A program made the translations under genes and the position numbers. Shown here piece by piece: positions 9,953-18,242 of a stretch of 64,000 nt of DNA. A model generated the notes under the pieces. The model was not told the DNA's origin, searched no databases, and saw only the letters and a program-made list of their open reading frames with translations. Numbering within the stretch: the stretch's first letter is position 1; every line of letters starts with the position of its first letter. This stretch comes from an uncultured Alphaproteobacteria bacterium (GTDB taxonomy: Bacteria > Pseudomonadota > Alphaproteobacteria > Rs-D84), in assembly GCA_949878575.1 (NCBI GenBank), contig CATLAX010000002.1, positions 357,634 through 421,633 of the forward strand, written 5' to 3'.

Positions 9953-10169
9953 TTTTTCCTCCATGGTTTTTAGTTAATAAAAACACCGCCGTGATGAAAG
10001 GCGGTTGGAGGTTGATTACTACGAAAACGATAGTGCTGCTTATTCATATATATCACAGCCCTCCAACCAATTATGGAGTTAAAAAATGTTTTCAGAGGTA
10101 ATCACACCTCACACCGGTAATCGTCCGATGCGATAAAAACTATATCAAAATAAAATTAATATATGCAAA

Positions 10170-10200
10170 TAAAATCCCCCGTTTGGGGGGATTTTTATTA
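10170..10200. terminator. Hairpin terminator nearly identical to the one at 9701-9733 (AAAATCCCCCGTTTGGGGGGATTTTTATTA); terminates the large cysteine-rich gene
   Basis: Same GC stem/loop sequence as 9707-9724, A/T-run flanks; immediately after stop of ORF 10198-13686 (-). Confidence 0.55.
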
Positions 10201-13200
10201 GTCGGTCAGGGCCGTATCAATCAAATCGCCGTATTGCCCGACCATTTCGTTGCCGACCATACAGTTTAGATGGTTACCGACATCGGCCATAAAGGCGTCA
10301 TAGGCTTCTTTTTCAACCTTGTCCAGTTTGGCATCCTGGACGCTTTTGGTCGCCTGGTACGTCAGTATTCCACCAGCGGTGGCTGTAACCGCGCCACCAA
10401 CCAGATTTGTTATAGAACGGTTTCTGGCCGCTTTCTTTTTAGCGTCTTCATCGGGCTCCGCACTCAAACACGCCGCATGCAGTTTTTGCATAGCCGCATT
10501 AGCTGCCTTTTGCGCATCTTCAACAGCCTTTGACTTGGTGTTATAAGTTTTGTTCATCTCCGCCAAATTATCGTTATACGCTTTTACACTATCAGCATCA
10601 CTTTCGCATATCGAATATGTATACTGTACATCTGTCACATCCGAACGATCACAATCATCTGTTAAAGATATAGGTGTTCCTCTATGGTTCTTACAATTTT
10701 CAGGTTCGCCTTTTTTAAATTTAGCTCCACACGCAAACATACATGTTGTTTCTATCAGTGTAACTGTTTTGCCCGGATTTATAGCTTTTATTGTTGCTAT
10801 TCTGCGCGGATCTTGCAACGAAGTACAATTATCTGTTACGGTTTTTTCCTTGTCGGTTACAGCCGCCGGCATATCAGAAACAGCATTTTGATAGGCTATA
10901 TGTTTGTCGGTCACCTCACTGATAAGATCGGACATTTCCTCCTTTGCATCCCCTTTATTTTTGGAATACAGGTCTTTCAATTCACGGGCAGCTTTTACTG
11001 CACGAGTCATATAGGCGGATCTGTCTTCTGCCTTTGTTGATGTCATATAATTTGATGCGGCTGTTGTACATCTATTTACAATGTCACCGGCATCTTTAAT
11101 AGATGTGCTACCGTTTGTCCCCAGCAAACCGCCCAAGAAACCGCTGTTCTGCATTTTGTCCGTGGCAAAGCCACCCAGAACGCCGCTGCCAACCACGCCA
11201 GCCAGTGTCGTCCATGCTCTGGTGCGGCTGTTACCGCGGGCCGCATCACTGCGCGCGTCATCCGCAACCGAATTCGCCAGTTTTTCCAGCGCATCACCCG
11301 GTATCCATGAACCGCATGTAAACGCATCACCCGCCGCAAAGTATGCCGTTGACCAGTCAGAGCCCTTTGCTATAACGTCTTGGATCCGTTTGTCATCGGA
11401 CTGCAGCGTTACACGCACACGGCAGAACGATCCGTATATATCATTGCTGGCCGCGAACTGGTTCGGTTTCAGACCGGATACCGCATAACCCTTTGGCACC
11501 GTGTTTGATTTCAGCTTTACCCACAGGAACGTGCTGCCCAAATCATTTTTGCCCAGGATGCCGCCGTTGTTTGACGACATGCACTTGTTCTGTTCGCGTG
11601 TTAATTTCGCGTTGTACTTTGCCTGAGCCTCTTTTTCCAAATCATAAATCAGGTCTTTGAACAACGTGGACGCCGCCTGGGTTTCAACATACGTTGTGTA
11701 TGAAATCATCACAGGCTGGTCATAAATATTGCCCGCGGCATCAACCGTATAGCACACGCCCTGATCCGTGCCACCCTTTGACGTGCACAGCGCGTTGCCG
11801 TTTTCATCCACTGCCGCAACCTGTTCCGTGTTGGCGGTGATTGCCGTCGCGGCGCCGGCGTCAATCCAGCCTTCGCGTACGTTGCCGGCCCCGCCCCAGC
11901 TGGATGCGGACGAATTGTTCGCAATTTTCAACTTGTTGCGTTCAATGGCCAAATGTTCTTCGCATACTGACGCGGATTTTACCGTATCCAGGCACAGGCC
12001 AAGAACGATTGTGTAATCCAAAACGCCGCCCACCTTGTTCATGGATTTGTCAAAAGACGCCTCGCCGGTGTTGGTCAATGAAGAATACACATCCGTACGG
12101 TTACGATAGCAGTTCTGGTAATCCGCACCGCACATTGATTTTACGCAAGATGTCGCAACCGCCTGGCACTGGCGCTTCATCGTGGCGATGGCCGCGTCGC
12201 TGTAACTGCTGGCCAGGGTGGCGTTCAATGACGCAATCACGCCGATTGGGTCGTTGCCGCCTTCCTCATACTCAGGGAACAGCGTCGTAAACGCATCGTT
12301 GTTTATATATGTATAAGAATAGCTGCCCGTCTTGTTCGGGTTCGCCGCCGCATACTTGCAGTATGCGTCCGTGTTTACGACCGCCTCGCACCCGGTTTTC
12401 AATTCCGCGTACGTGGCGCTGTTGTTAATGGATTTGTCCTTGTTGCCGAACACCTGGCTGTAACAGGCCGCGCCGGAACCGGAACCGCAGATGCGCATTA
12501 CGCATGTCTTTATCGTGTCCGTGCATTTTTCCTTTGCCTTGGTGTCAAACTTGTCAACCAAATCGGCGATTTTTGCACGCATACCGGCATTCATGCGGGC
12601 GGCGTACGCCTCGTCGTAAATTTCTTCCTGATTATCCTCATCCTTTAACTGGGACGATGTCGGCATCTGGCCGTTGCCCAGAAACGTCGCATAGCAATAT
12701 TTGTTTGAACCGATTGTATCCATACAGGAATTCTTGATATATCCCGCGATGCTGGATTTGGATATAATATCCGTTCCAGCCAGCGACACCGGCAGGGCCG
12801 CAGTGCTTTCCGCCGTTGCGACGCCCTGATTAATTGACTCTACCAGGCTAACCGTCGTGGTTGTGCTGTTTTCATAGCATTTGTACGGATTTGTCGCACA
12901 CGCGTTCAAGATACACTGGTCAACAACCTTGTAACATGTTGAAACGGCGTTAACCGCGGCCAGCGCCGCGCCCTCTGCAATCATTTCGCCGATGCGCGAC
13001 GTGGCGGACGGCGTTGTGGACGTGTTCGCGGAACCGAACAGCTCAATCAATCCCTCTGACTGGCAGCGGGCCAGTGTGGAATCACAAAACACGCGCTGCT
13101 TTCTAAATTCCTTGTCCGTGGTACATAATTCAAAATCATTCCCGCAGACACTGTCCTTCTTTAAACATGCGGTATAGCGTTTTACACATGTGGACGTGTC

Positions 13201-13686
13201 GTATTTGTTGGATATGGCCGCACCGATAATTAACTGGCCCAGAACACTGCCGTCGGTCGGGTATGTGTAATCCGTAACCTCGCCATAACTGTTTTTAGAC
13301 GCAACCGTGGACAGCGCCGTGACAGTTCCCGTTCCAAACAGGCTGGATACTCCGGCGGTGCTGCACTGGGCCAGCGTGGACAAACACTGCGGCATTTTGC
13401 CGTGGAACAAAACCTTGGTCGTGCATTCTTCAAAGTCAGAGCCGCATGCGTCCCCACCCTTCATACAATTCGTGTACGCGTCAATGCACTCTGCATTCGC
13501 CAACAGGTTTGACGTCGTTGTCGTGGTGCCGCTGGTACTGGTGCCGGCGCCGGTAATGTATGACGTCATTGTCGGCATGCGCGACGACGCGGTGCCAATA
13601 ACACTGGGCCGCGCGGTCAGTGCATAAGATGCCTGAACCGTTGTCAAAACAGCCAGAAAACCAAACGATTTTGTAAAGAGACTCAT
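10198..13686 (-). CDS. Large (1162 aa) secreted cysteine-rich repeat protein, function unknown (candidate surface/adhesin or effector protein)
   Basis: N-terminal signal peptide (MSLFTKSFGFLAVLTTVQASYA), S/T-rich stretch, then two clear ~60-aa six-Cys repeats (C-x4-T-x-C-x6-C-x3-FE-x-CTT…C-x-STLA-x-C…LFG) and further paired-Cys modules; C-terminal Gly/Ala-rich hydrophobic segment. Confidence 0.7.
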   Translation of the reverse strand: MSLFTKSFGFLAVLTTVQASYALTARPSVIGTASSRMPTMTSYITGAGTSTSGTTTTTSNLLANAECIDAYTNCMKGGDACGSDFEECTTKVLFHGKMPQCLSTLAQCSTAGVSSLFGTGTVTALSTVASKNSYGEVTDYTYPTDGSVLGQLIIGAAISNKYDTSTCVKRYTACLKKDSVCGNDFELCTTDKEFRKQRVFCDSTLARCQSEGLIELFGSANTSTTPSATSRIGEMIAEGAALAAVNAVSTCYKVVDQCILNACATNPYKCYENSTTTTVSLVESINQGVATAESTAALPVSLAGTDIISKSSIAGYIKNSCMDTIGSNKYCYATFLGNGQMPTSSQLKDEDNQEEIYDEAYAARMNAGMRAKIADLVDKFDTKAKEKCTDTIKTCVMRICGSGSGAACYSQVFGNKDKSINNSATYAELKTGCEAVVNTDAYCKYAAANPNKTGSYSYTYINNDAFTTLFPEYEEGGNDPIGVIASLNATLASSYSDAAIATMKRQCQAVATSCVKSMCGADYQNCYRNRTDVYSSLTNTGEASFDKSMNKVGGVLDYTIVLGLCLDTVKSASVCEEHLAIERNKLKIANNSSASSWGGAGNVREGWIDAGAATAITANTEQVAAVDENGNALCTSKGGTDQGVCYTVDAAGNIYDQPVMISYTTYVETQAASTLFKDLIYDLEKEAQAKYNAKLTREQNKCMSSNNGGILGKNDLGSTFLWVKLKSNTVPKGYAVSGLKPNQFAASNDIYGSFCRVRVTLQSDDKRIQDVIAKGSDWSTAYFAAGDAFTCGSWIPGDALEKLANSVADDARSDAARGNSRTRAWTTLAGVVGSGVLGGFATDKMQNSGFLGGLLGTNGSTSIKDAGDIVNRCTTAASNYMTSTKAEDRSAYMTRAVKAARELKDLYSKNKGDAKEEMSDLISEVTDKHIAYQNAVSDMPAAVTDKEKTVTDNCTSLQDPRRIATIKAINPGKTVTLIETTCMFACGAKFKKGEPENCKNHRGTPISLTDDCDRSDVTDVQYTYSICESDADSVKAYNDNLAEMNKTYNTKSKAVEDAQKAANAAMQKLHAACLSAEPDEDAKKKAARNRSITNLVGGAVTATAGGILTYQATKSVQDAKLDKVEKEAYDAFMADVGNHLNCMVGNEMVGQYGDLIDTALTD

Positions 13687-13712
13687 TCTGCTCGCTCCAT
13701 ATTTTATATTTT

Positions 13713-13741
13713 ATTATATCATATAAAAGAGACGCAGACAA
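13713..13741 (-). promoter_or_regulatory. Candidate sigma70-type promoter for the cysteine-rich gene (TTGTCT-17-TATAAT on minus strand)
   Basis: Read on the minus strand: -35 TTGTCT, 17-nt spacer, -10 TATAAT, about 30 nt upstream of the ATG at 13686. Confidence 0.3.
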
Positions 13742-13767
13742 ACAAAATAATAAACTTTTGCGGTGTT

Positions 13768-14730
13768 TTATTCACCGTCATCCAGCACGGCGCGCAACGT
13801 CGCCATGTCATCCGGCAACGCGGCGCGGAAACGCATGGGCGCACCGCTGACGGGATGTGCAAATTCCAAAATTTCCGCATGCAGCATCTGGCCGTTGTGT
13901 TCGCGTAAAAATTCCAGCAGTTCCGGATTTTTCACCGTACCCAGTCGTGAGGCTCCGCGCCCGTAGAGCGGATCGCACAGCACCGGGAAACCGTGCGCGG
14001 ACAAATGAACGCGTATCTGGTGAGTGCGCCCTGTAAACAGCGTGCAACGCAGCGCCGCCACGCCCGCGCGCGGCCACACGTCCATTACGTTTACAGCCGT
14101 ATGCGCATCGCGGCCGCCTGTCTTTACCATGCTCATTTTCTGGCGGTTGCGTGACGAGCGCGCAATATTGCCGGTAATGTCCGCCCCGGTCCAGTTCGGC
14201 ACCCCCCATACAAACGCGACATATTTTCGCGTTAAATCGTGTGTGGAAAAAGTCTTTACCAAACCGCGGAACGCAGCATCAGATTTTGCAAAGACCATGA
14301 CACCGCTGGTGTCCTTGTCCAGCCGGTGCGCAACCCCCGGACGCGTCACCCCGCCAAGCGGCGACAACGGCGTGTGTGCCAGTATGTTCTGAACCAGCGT
14401 CCCGGTCTTGTTCCCGGCGGACGGATACATGACAACCCCGCGCGGCTTGTTCACGACGATGATATCGTCATCCTCGTACAAAATGTCCAAATCAAAATCG
14501 CTGGATATATTCTCAGACGCCACATCGGACGCACGGGCGGGCGGAATTTCAACAACAAATGTGTCGCCGGGGCGAACCTTGTCCGAAAAACGCACCTGGC
14601 GACCGTCGCGCGTTACAGAAAAACGCTGAATCTCGCTGCGCGAAAATTCCGGCATCTGGGCCGCCAAAAACTTGTCCAGACGCACACCCGCGGACGCAGA
14701 ATCCACTAAAAATTCACGAACATTTGTCAT
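13768..14730 (-). CDS. rluD: 23S rRNA pseudouridine synthase, RluA family (RluD/RluC-like)
   Basis: S4-like N-terminal domain then RluA-family catalytic motif (GVAHRLDKDTSGVMVFAKS); 320 aa. Confidence 0.85.
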   Translation of the reverse strand: MTNVREFLVDSASAGVRLDKFLAAQMPEFSRSEIQRFSVTRDGRQVRFSDKVRPGDTFVVEIPPARASDVASENISSDFDLDILYEDDDIIVVNKPRGVVMYPSAGNKTGTLVQNILAHTPLSPLGGVTRPGVAHRLDKDTSGVMVFAKSDAAFRGLVKTFSTHDLTRKYVAFVWGVPNWTGADITGNIARSSRNRQKMSMVKTGGRDAHTAVNVMDVWPRAGVAALRCTLFTGRTHQIRVHLSAHGFPVLCDPLYGRGASRLGTVKNPELLEFLREHNGQMLHAEILEFAHPVSGAPMRFRAALPDDMATLRAVLDDGE

Positions 14731-15203
14731 TTATAACTGTCCCAATCCGGCCCGCGCGTACATTTTGACATGTCTATGACGAAATCACGTTCACCCGTCA
14801 CCGGACAGGTTAAGACGCCTTCTGTGGCGGCCTCGTCCGCGTTGCGGGCGGCGTTGCGCCATGCAAACCGAATTTCCGTCGGCGCATGAACGCATGCGAT
14901 GCGCAAATTCCCGTCATGCTGGCCCGGGCGCGGCCCCAACCATACGCGCACAGACCCGCCCAGGCCATAGCACGGAAAACCGTCCAGATAATACAGAACC
15001 AGACCGCGCCCGATTATCTTGTTGTTATTTGCATACTTAAATTCCCCGCGGTATTCATGCAGCGACAGGCCCGTTACCGCCTGCCAGTCGGTACTGGTGG
15101 AAAAAACGCTGATACGCGGGGCGGGCGCCGGGGCGTTTGCACACAGCGCGGGCGACGCCGCAAGAACAGAACACAACAGGGCGGAACAAATTTTTTTCAT
15201 CAT
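14727..15203 (-). CDS. Hypothetical secreted protein (158 aa, signal peptide)
   Basis: MMKKICSALLCSVLAASPALCA signal peptide; 4-nt overlaps with the genes on both sides (translational coupling). Confidence 0.5.
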   Translation of the reverse strand: MMKKICSALLCSVLAASPALCANAPAPAPRISVFSTSTDWQAVTGLSLHEYRGEFKYANNNKIIGRGLVLYYLDGFPCYGLGGSVRVWLGPRPGQHDGNLRIACVHAPTEIRFAWRNAARNADEAATEGVLTCPVTGERDFVIDMSKCTRGPDWDSYK

Positions 15204-15718
15204 TGCATATCCGTTTGGTCTTTTAGTTCAACAGTTATTTTTTTCACCCCGTCCGTCGGCGCGGACAGGGTATGCGAAAAATCAACGGACGCGCCGGAAT
15301 CCAGCAACGTTGCAGACGGCATGAATTTCTGGCGTGCGATTTCCGCACCATCCGCGTCGCGTGAAACGATTATCAAATCCGGAACGCCATAAATATCAGC
15401 CGATCTGTTTGTCACGCGGCCGGAAACAACAAAATGCGCGGTGCCGGCCGCATCTATTACGGAACGGATTCCGGTCACAGTCGCAACCAGCGGTCGCGCC
15501 TCTTCCATTGCGCGCGCACGATGCCGCGCAACAACCGCCACGGAAAAAACTATCGCGGCCAACGCGGCCGTCGCCGCCGCAATCAGCATTAACCACGCAC
15601 CGCGGCGCCCGCGCGGAACCACCGTCCACGCGCGGCCGCACACCGCGCATTCAACACGCCCACGCACGGTCGCCGGCACACTGTATTCCGTTTTGCAAAA
15701 ATCACATGCTATCTTCAT
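15200..15718 (-). CDS. MJ0042-type zinc-ribbon plus DUF3426-like membrane protein
   Basis: N-terminal CxxC…CxxC zinc ribbon (MKIACDFCKTEYSVP…VECAVCGRAWTV), one TM helix, C-terminal beta-rich domain typical of DUF3426 proteins. Confidence 0.6.
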   Translation of the reverse strand: MKIACDFCKTEYSVPATVRGRVECAVCGRAWTVVPRGRRGAWLMLIAAATAALAAIVFSVAVVARHRARAMEEARPLVATVTGIRSVIDAAGTAHFVVSGRVTNRSADIYGVPDLIIVSRDADGAEIARQKFMPSATLLDSGASVDFSHTLSAPTDGVKKITVELKDQTDMQ

Positions 15719-15742
15719 ATTTACACCTTATACCACAAATGA

Positions 15743-17050
15743 CTATAAATTCAACCGGCGATATTTTGCACGGACTTTTTCCTGTATCTCGCTTATGGCG
15801 CGCATGTAATCCGCGGCGGTCGCGTTCTTGTTTGCCGCAACGGCCCCGAATATCTGCGCCGCCTGGGTGCCGGTGCCCTCGGCGGCGGACACGTACGGCA
15901 CCATGCGCCCCAGTTCGGACAAGGACAGGTCCAGAAAATTCGCCTTGCCGGCGGACGCATCCCAGTAATACTGTGAATTTACGGAATCTTCCAAACGCTT
16001 TTTTACAACCAGGCGCGGCGTAATTGAACCGGCAAACCCAACCGTTACAAACATTGCATCAATGCGTCCGTACGTCATGTCCAGCGTCTGATTTATTTTA
16101 AGCATGGCGACATCGCCGCCGTCATCAACGGACAGCCCCGCCAAAGTCATGTTTGTAACATACAGGTCGTCAACCGTCAGGCTTGAAAACTTTGCCGTAT
16201 CGGCCAAAGAGACATTGCCGGATATTTCCATGTTTTTGGAATCAGACGACAATGCGCCCGCAACGGTTGAAAACGACGCCGACAACTGCTTGTCAACAGA
16301 TGTTCGGTTTTGAAAAACAACCTTGTCCGCGACAATTTTTCCCACCCCCAGCGTTTCGTCAAAACTGATTGCGCGCCCGTTAACGAAAGCCCCGTCCAAA
16401 ATGTCATGTCCGCCCAAACTCAGCGCGGAGAGCATCGTCGCATCCGCACTGTCCGCGGACGGCACGCGCCACAGATACTTTGCATTGTCGCGCACAGCCC
16501 CGGTTGTTTCCACAATACCGTCCGCATCCGCCAACCCCAAATCCACCGTTGACGCGCGCCACGCGCCAAACGCCCCGTATGCGCGCCCGCGGTCCAAAAA
16601 TCCCATATTGTCGCCGCCCGTGTTTACAATTTCGCGCGTGCGCAGCGGACTGATTTTATCATCATTTAAAACAACCACGCCCTGCAACGTGGCAAGACCG
16701 CCGGCATCGGCCGATTTCAACACGCGCAGCTGGTATTCCGCGCCGCGCTGGGCGACCAGATCCGCCGACACGCCGTACGGCACCAAATCCGCCAGCGACA
16801 GGCGAACGATGTTTTTCCCGACCGGCGCCAGCAGTTCGTCGCGATTGGCGACAATATATCGTTCAAGCGCGGTCTGCACACCCTGCATCTGGCGCGTTAC
16901 GGCAACATTTTCCGCACGCCGCACCGCGTTTTCATGATATCTAAAAATGAACGGTATCACAATCATCGCCAGCGCAACGCTAAGCATCAGTTCAACCAGC
17001 ATTCCGCCCGCCTGATGCGGGGCGTTAAAAAACGTTTTTACTGTTTTCAT
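15743..17050 (-). CDS. Pilin-like paralog A: large protein with prepilin-type N-terminal hydrophobic helix
   Basis: Short basic leader ending in G-G then MLVELMLSVALAMIVIPFIF (class-III-signal-like, Glu near +5); a ~400-aa G/D/S/T-rich body sharing motifs with the next two genes; start chosen at Met 17050 (GGTGGAG RBS); ORF opens at 17080. Confidence 0.6.
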   Translation of the reverse strand: MKTVKTFFNAPHQAGGMLVELMLSVALAMIVIPFIFRYHENAVRRAENVAVTRQMQGVQTALERYIVANRDELLAPVGKNIVRLSLADLVPYGVSADLVAQRGAEYQLRVLKSADAGGLATLQGVVVLNDDKISPLRTREIVNTGGDNMGFLDRGRAYGAFGAWRASTVDLGLADADGIVETTGAVRDNAKYLWRVPSADSADATMLSALSLGGHDILDGAFVNGRAISFDETLGVGKIVADKVVFQNRTSVDKQLSASFSTVAGALSSDSKNMEISGNVSLADTAKFSSLTVDDLYVTNMTLAGLSVDDGGDVAMLKINQTLDMTYGRIDAMFVTVGFAGSITPRLVVKKRLEDSVNSQYYWDASAGKANFLDLSLSELGRMVPYVSAAEGTGTQAAQIFGAVAANKNATAADYMRAISEIQEKVRAKYRRLNL

Positions 17051-18242
17051 TGTCAAGCTCCACCCCGCCCCAGCCGGCATCGGTTATTTTTGAAAACTCA
17101 TTTTTTTTCACCGGCGCGGGATACTTTGCACGCTCTATGTTTAACTGTGAAAAACGTGGCGGCGTCGTGGACGGGAAAGTCCAACCACCGACCTTTAGCG
17201 GCGATTCCGTGGACATCAACAACTCGCCCGACAGAGTCAACCCGAAATTATCGTAAAAAACTATTTCATCCGCCGTAATAAACGGCGCCGCAACAGAACT
17301 AACAGAAATTCCGTCAAACCCGCTGATTGTGCGCGCAGTATCCGATTTTAAGGTCAAATCGCGCGCGACATTCACGCTGCGCCCAACGGTCGCACGGTCT
17401 GCAATTATCCGGCCGCGCGTCGTATAACCGCTGCCGTTTAACGTCTGGGCGGAAATGTTTTTAAACCCCGTCACGTCACCCGTAACACGCAGCGCCCCCA
17501 AATCCGCACGCCCGCCGTCAATGTTCGCACCGGACGAAAAATACGCGGCGTCCGCCATAACCTCCTGTGTTTCTATAAATGTGGCGGCGGCGGAATTTAC
17601 CTTTGCCGACTTTGCCGTAACGCCGCCAACATCGTAAACATTATGCCCGCCCATATTCAAATCGCGCATCATGACATTCAACATGTCTTCGCCGGACGTG
17701 CCGCGGTGCAGGTATTTTTCCGTGTCCATTCCGGAAACATCGCGCGACACCCTGTATATTATGTCGCCCGCGCTAAAATCAGGCGCCGTCACCGCCCATG
17801 ATGCGCCATACGCTATCCCATCAGATGCAACGACGGCCGCGTCAACCCCGATGCGCCGCGCAATATTTTCCGCACGCAGCACGTCACCACCGACATTAAA
17901 CGCCAGATACACATCCGTCACCGTCGCACCGGATACGGCATATTTGTCTATAAATCCGGCGACAGGCGCGCTTGAAATCATGGCCAAATCTTCGTCCGTC
18001 ATGCGAATCTGCGCCTCGTCCGGCCATGCGTCCGCATGCATGCGCACAAAGTTTAATGTGGCCCCGCGGACGTCAATTATATCTTTTGCCATTCGGGCAT
18101 CAGAGGCCATGCGCGCCGTCTGTAAAACCTGGCTGTATACGAACGGCGCGGCCATCGCAATTATGGCCATCGCCAACAGCACCTCCAGCATTCCGGCGCC
18201 GCATGATTCATCTTTAAAAATCAGCGTCTTACATGCAGCCAT
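17025..18242 (-). CDS. Pilin-like paralog B
   Basis: …ESCGAG-MLEVLLAMAIIAMAAPFVY N-terminus parallel to paralog A; shared internal motifs (DLNMGGHNVYDVGG etc.); overlaps upstream gene. Confidence 0.6.
   Translation of the reverse strand: MAACKTLIFKDESCGAGMLEVLLAMAIIAMAAPFVYSQVLQTARMASDARMAKDIIDVRGATLNFVRMHADAWPDEAQIRMTDEDLAMISSAPVAGFIDKYAVSGATVTDVYLAFNVGGDVLRAENIARRIGVDAAVVASDGIAYGASWAVTAPDFSAGDIIYRVSRDVSGMDTEKYLHRGTSGEDMLNVMMRDLNMGGHNVYDVGGVTAKSAKVNSAAATFIETQEVMADAAYFSSGANIDGGRADLGALRVTGDVTGFKNISAQTLNGSGYTTRGRIIADRATVGRSVNVARDLTLKSDTARTISGFDGISVSSVAAPFITADEIVFYDNFGLTLSGELLMSTESPLKVGGWTFPSTTPPRFSQLNIERAKYPAPVKKNEFSKITDAGWGGVELDNENSKNVF

Noticed and set aside
10030-10110. A 25-codon mini-ORF (MNKQHYRFRSNQPPTAFHHGGVFIN) in the HTH leader of copy 1, which looked like a leader peptide for attenuation
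   Set aside because: The ATG is not conserved in copy 2 (ATATATGAAT versus ATACATAAAT) although the surrounding RNA structure elements are; coupled translation is therefore unlikely to be the mechanism.
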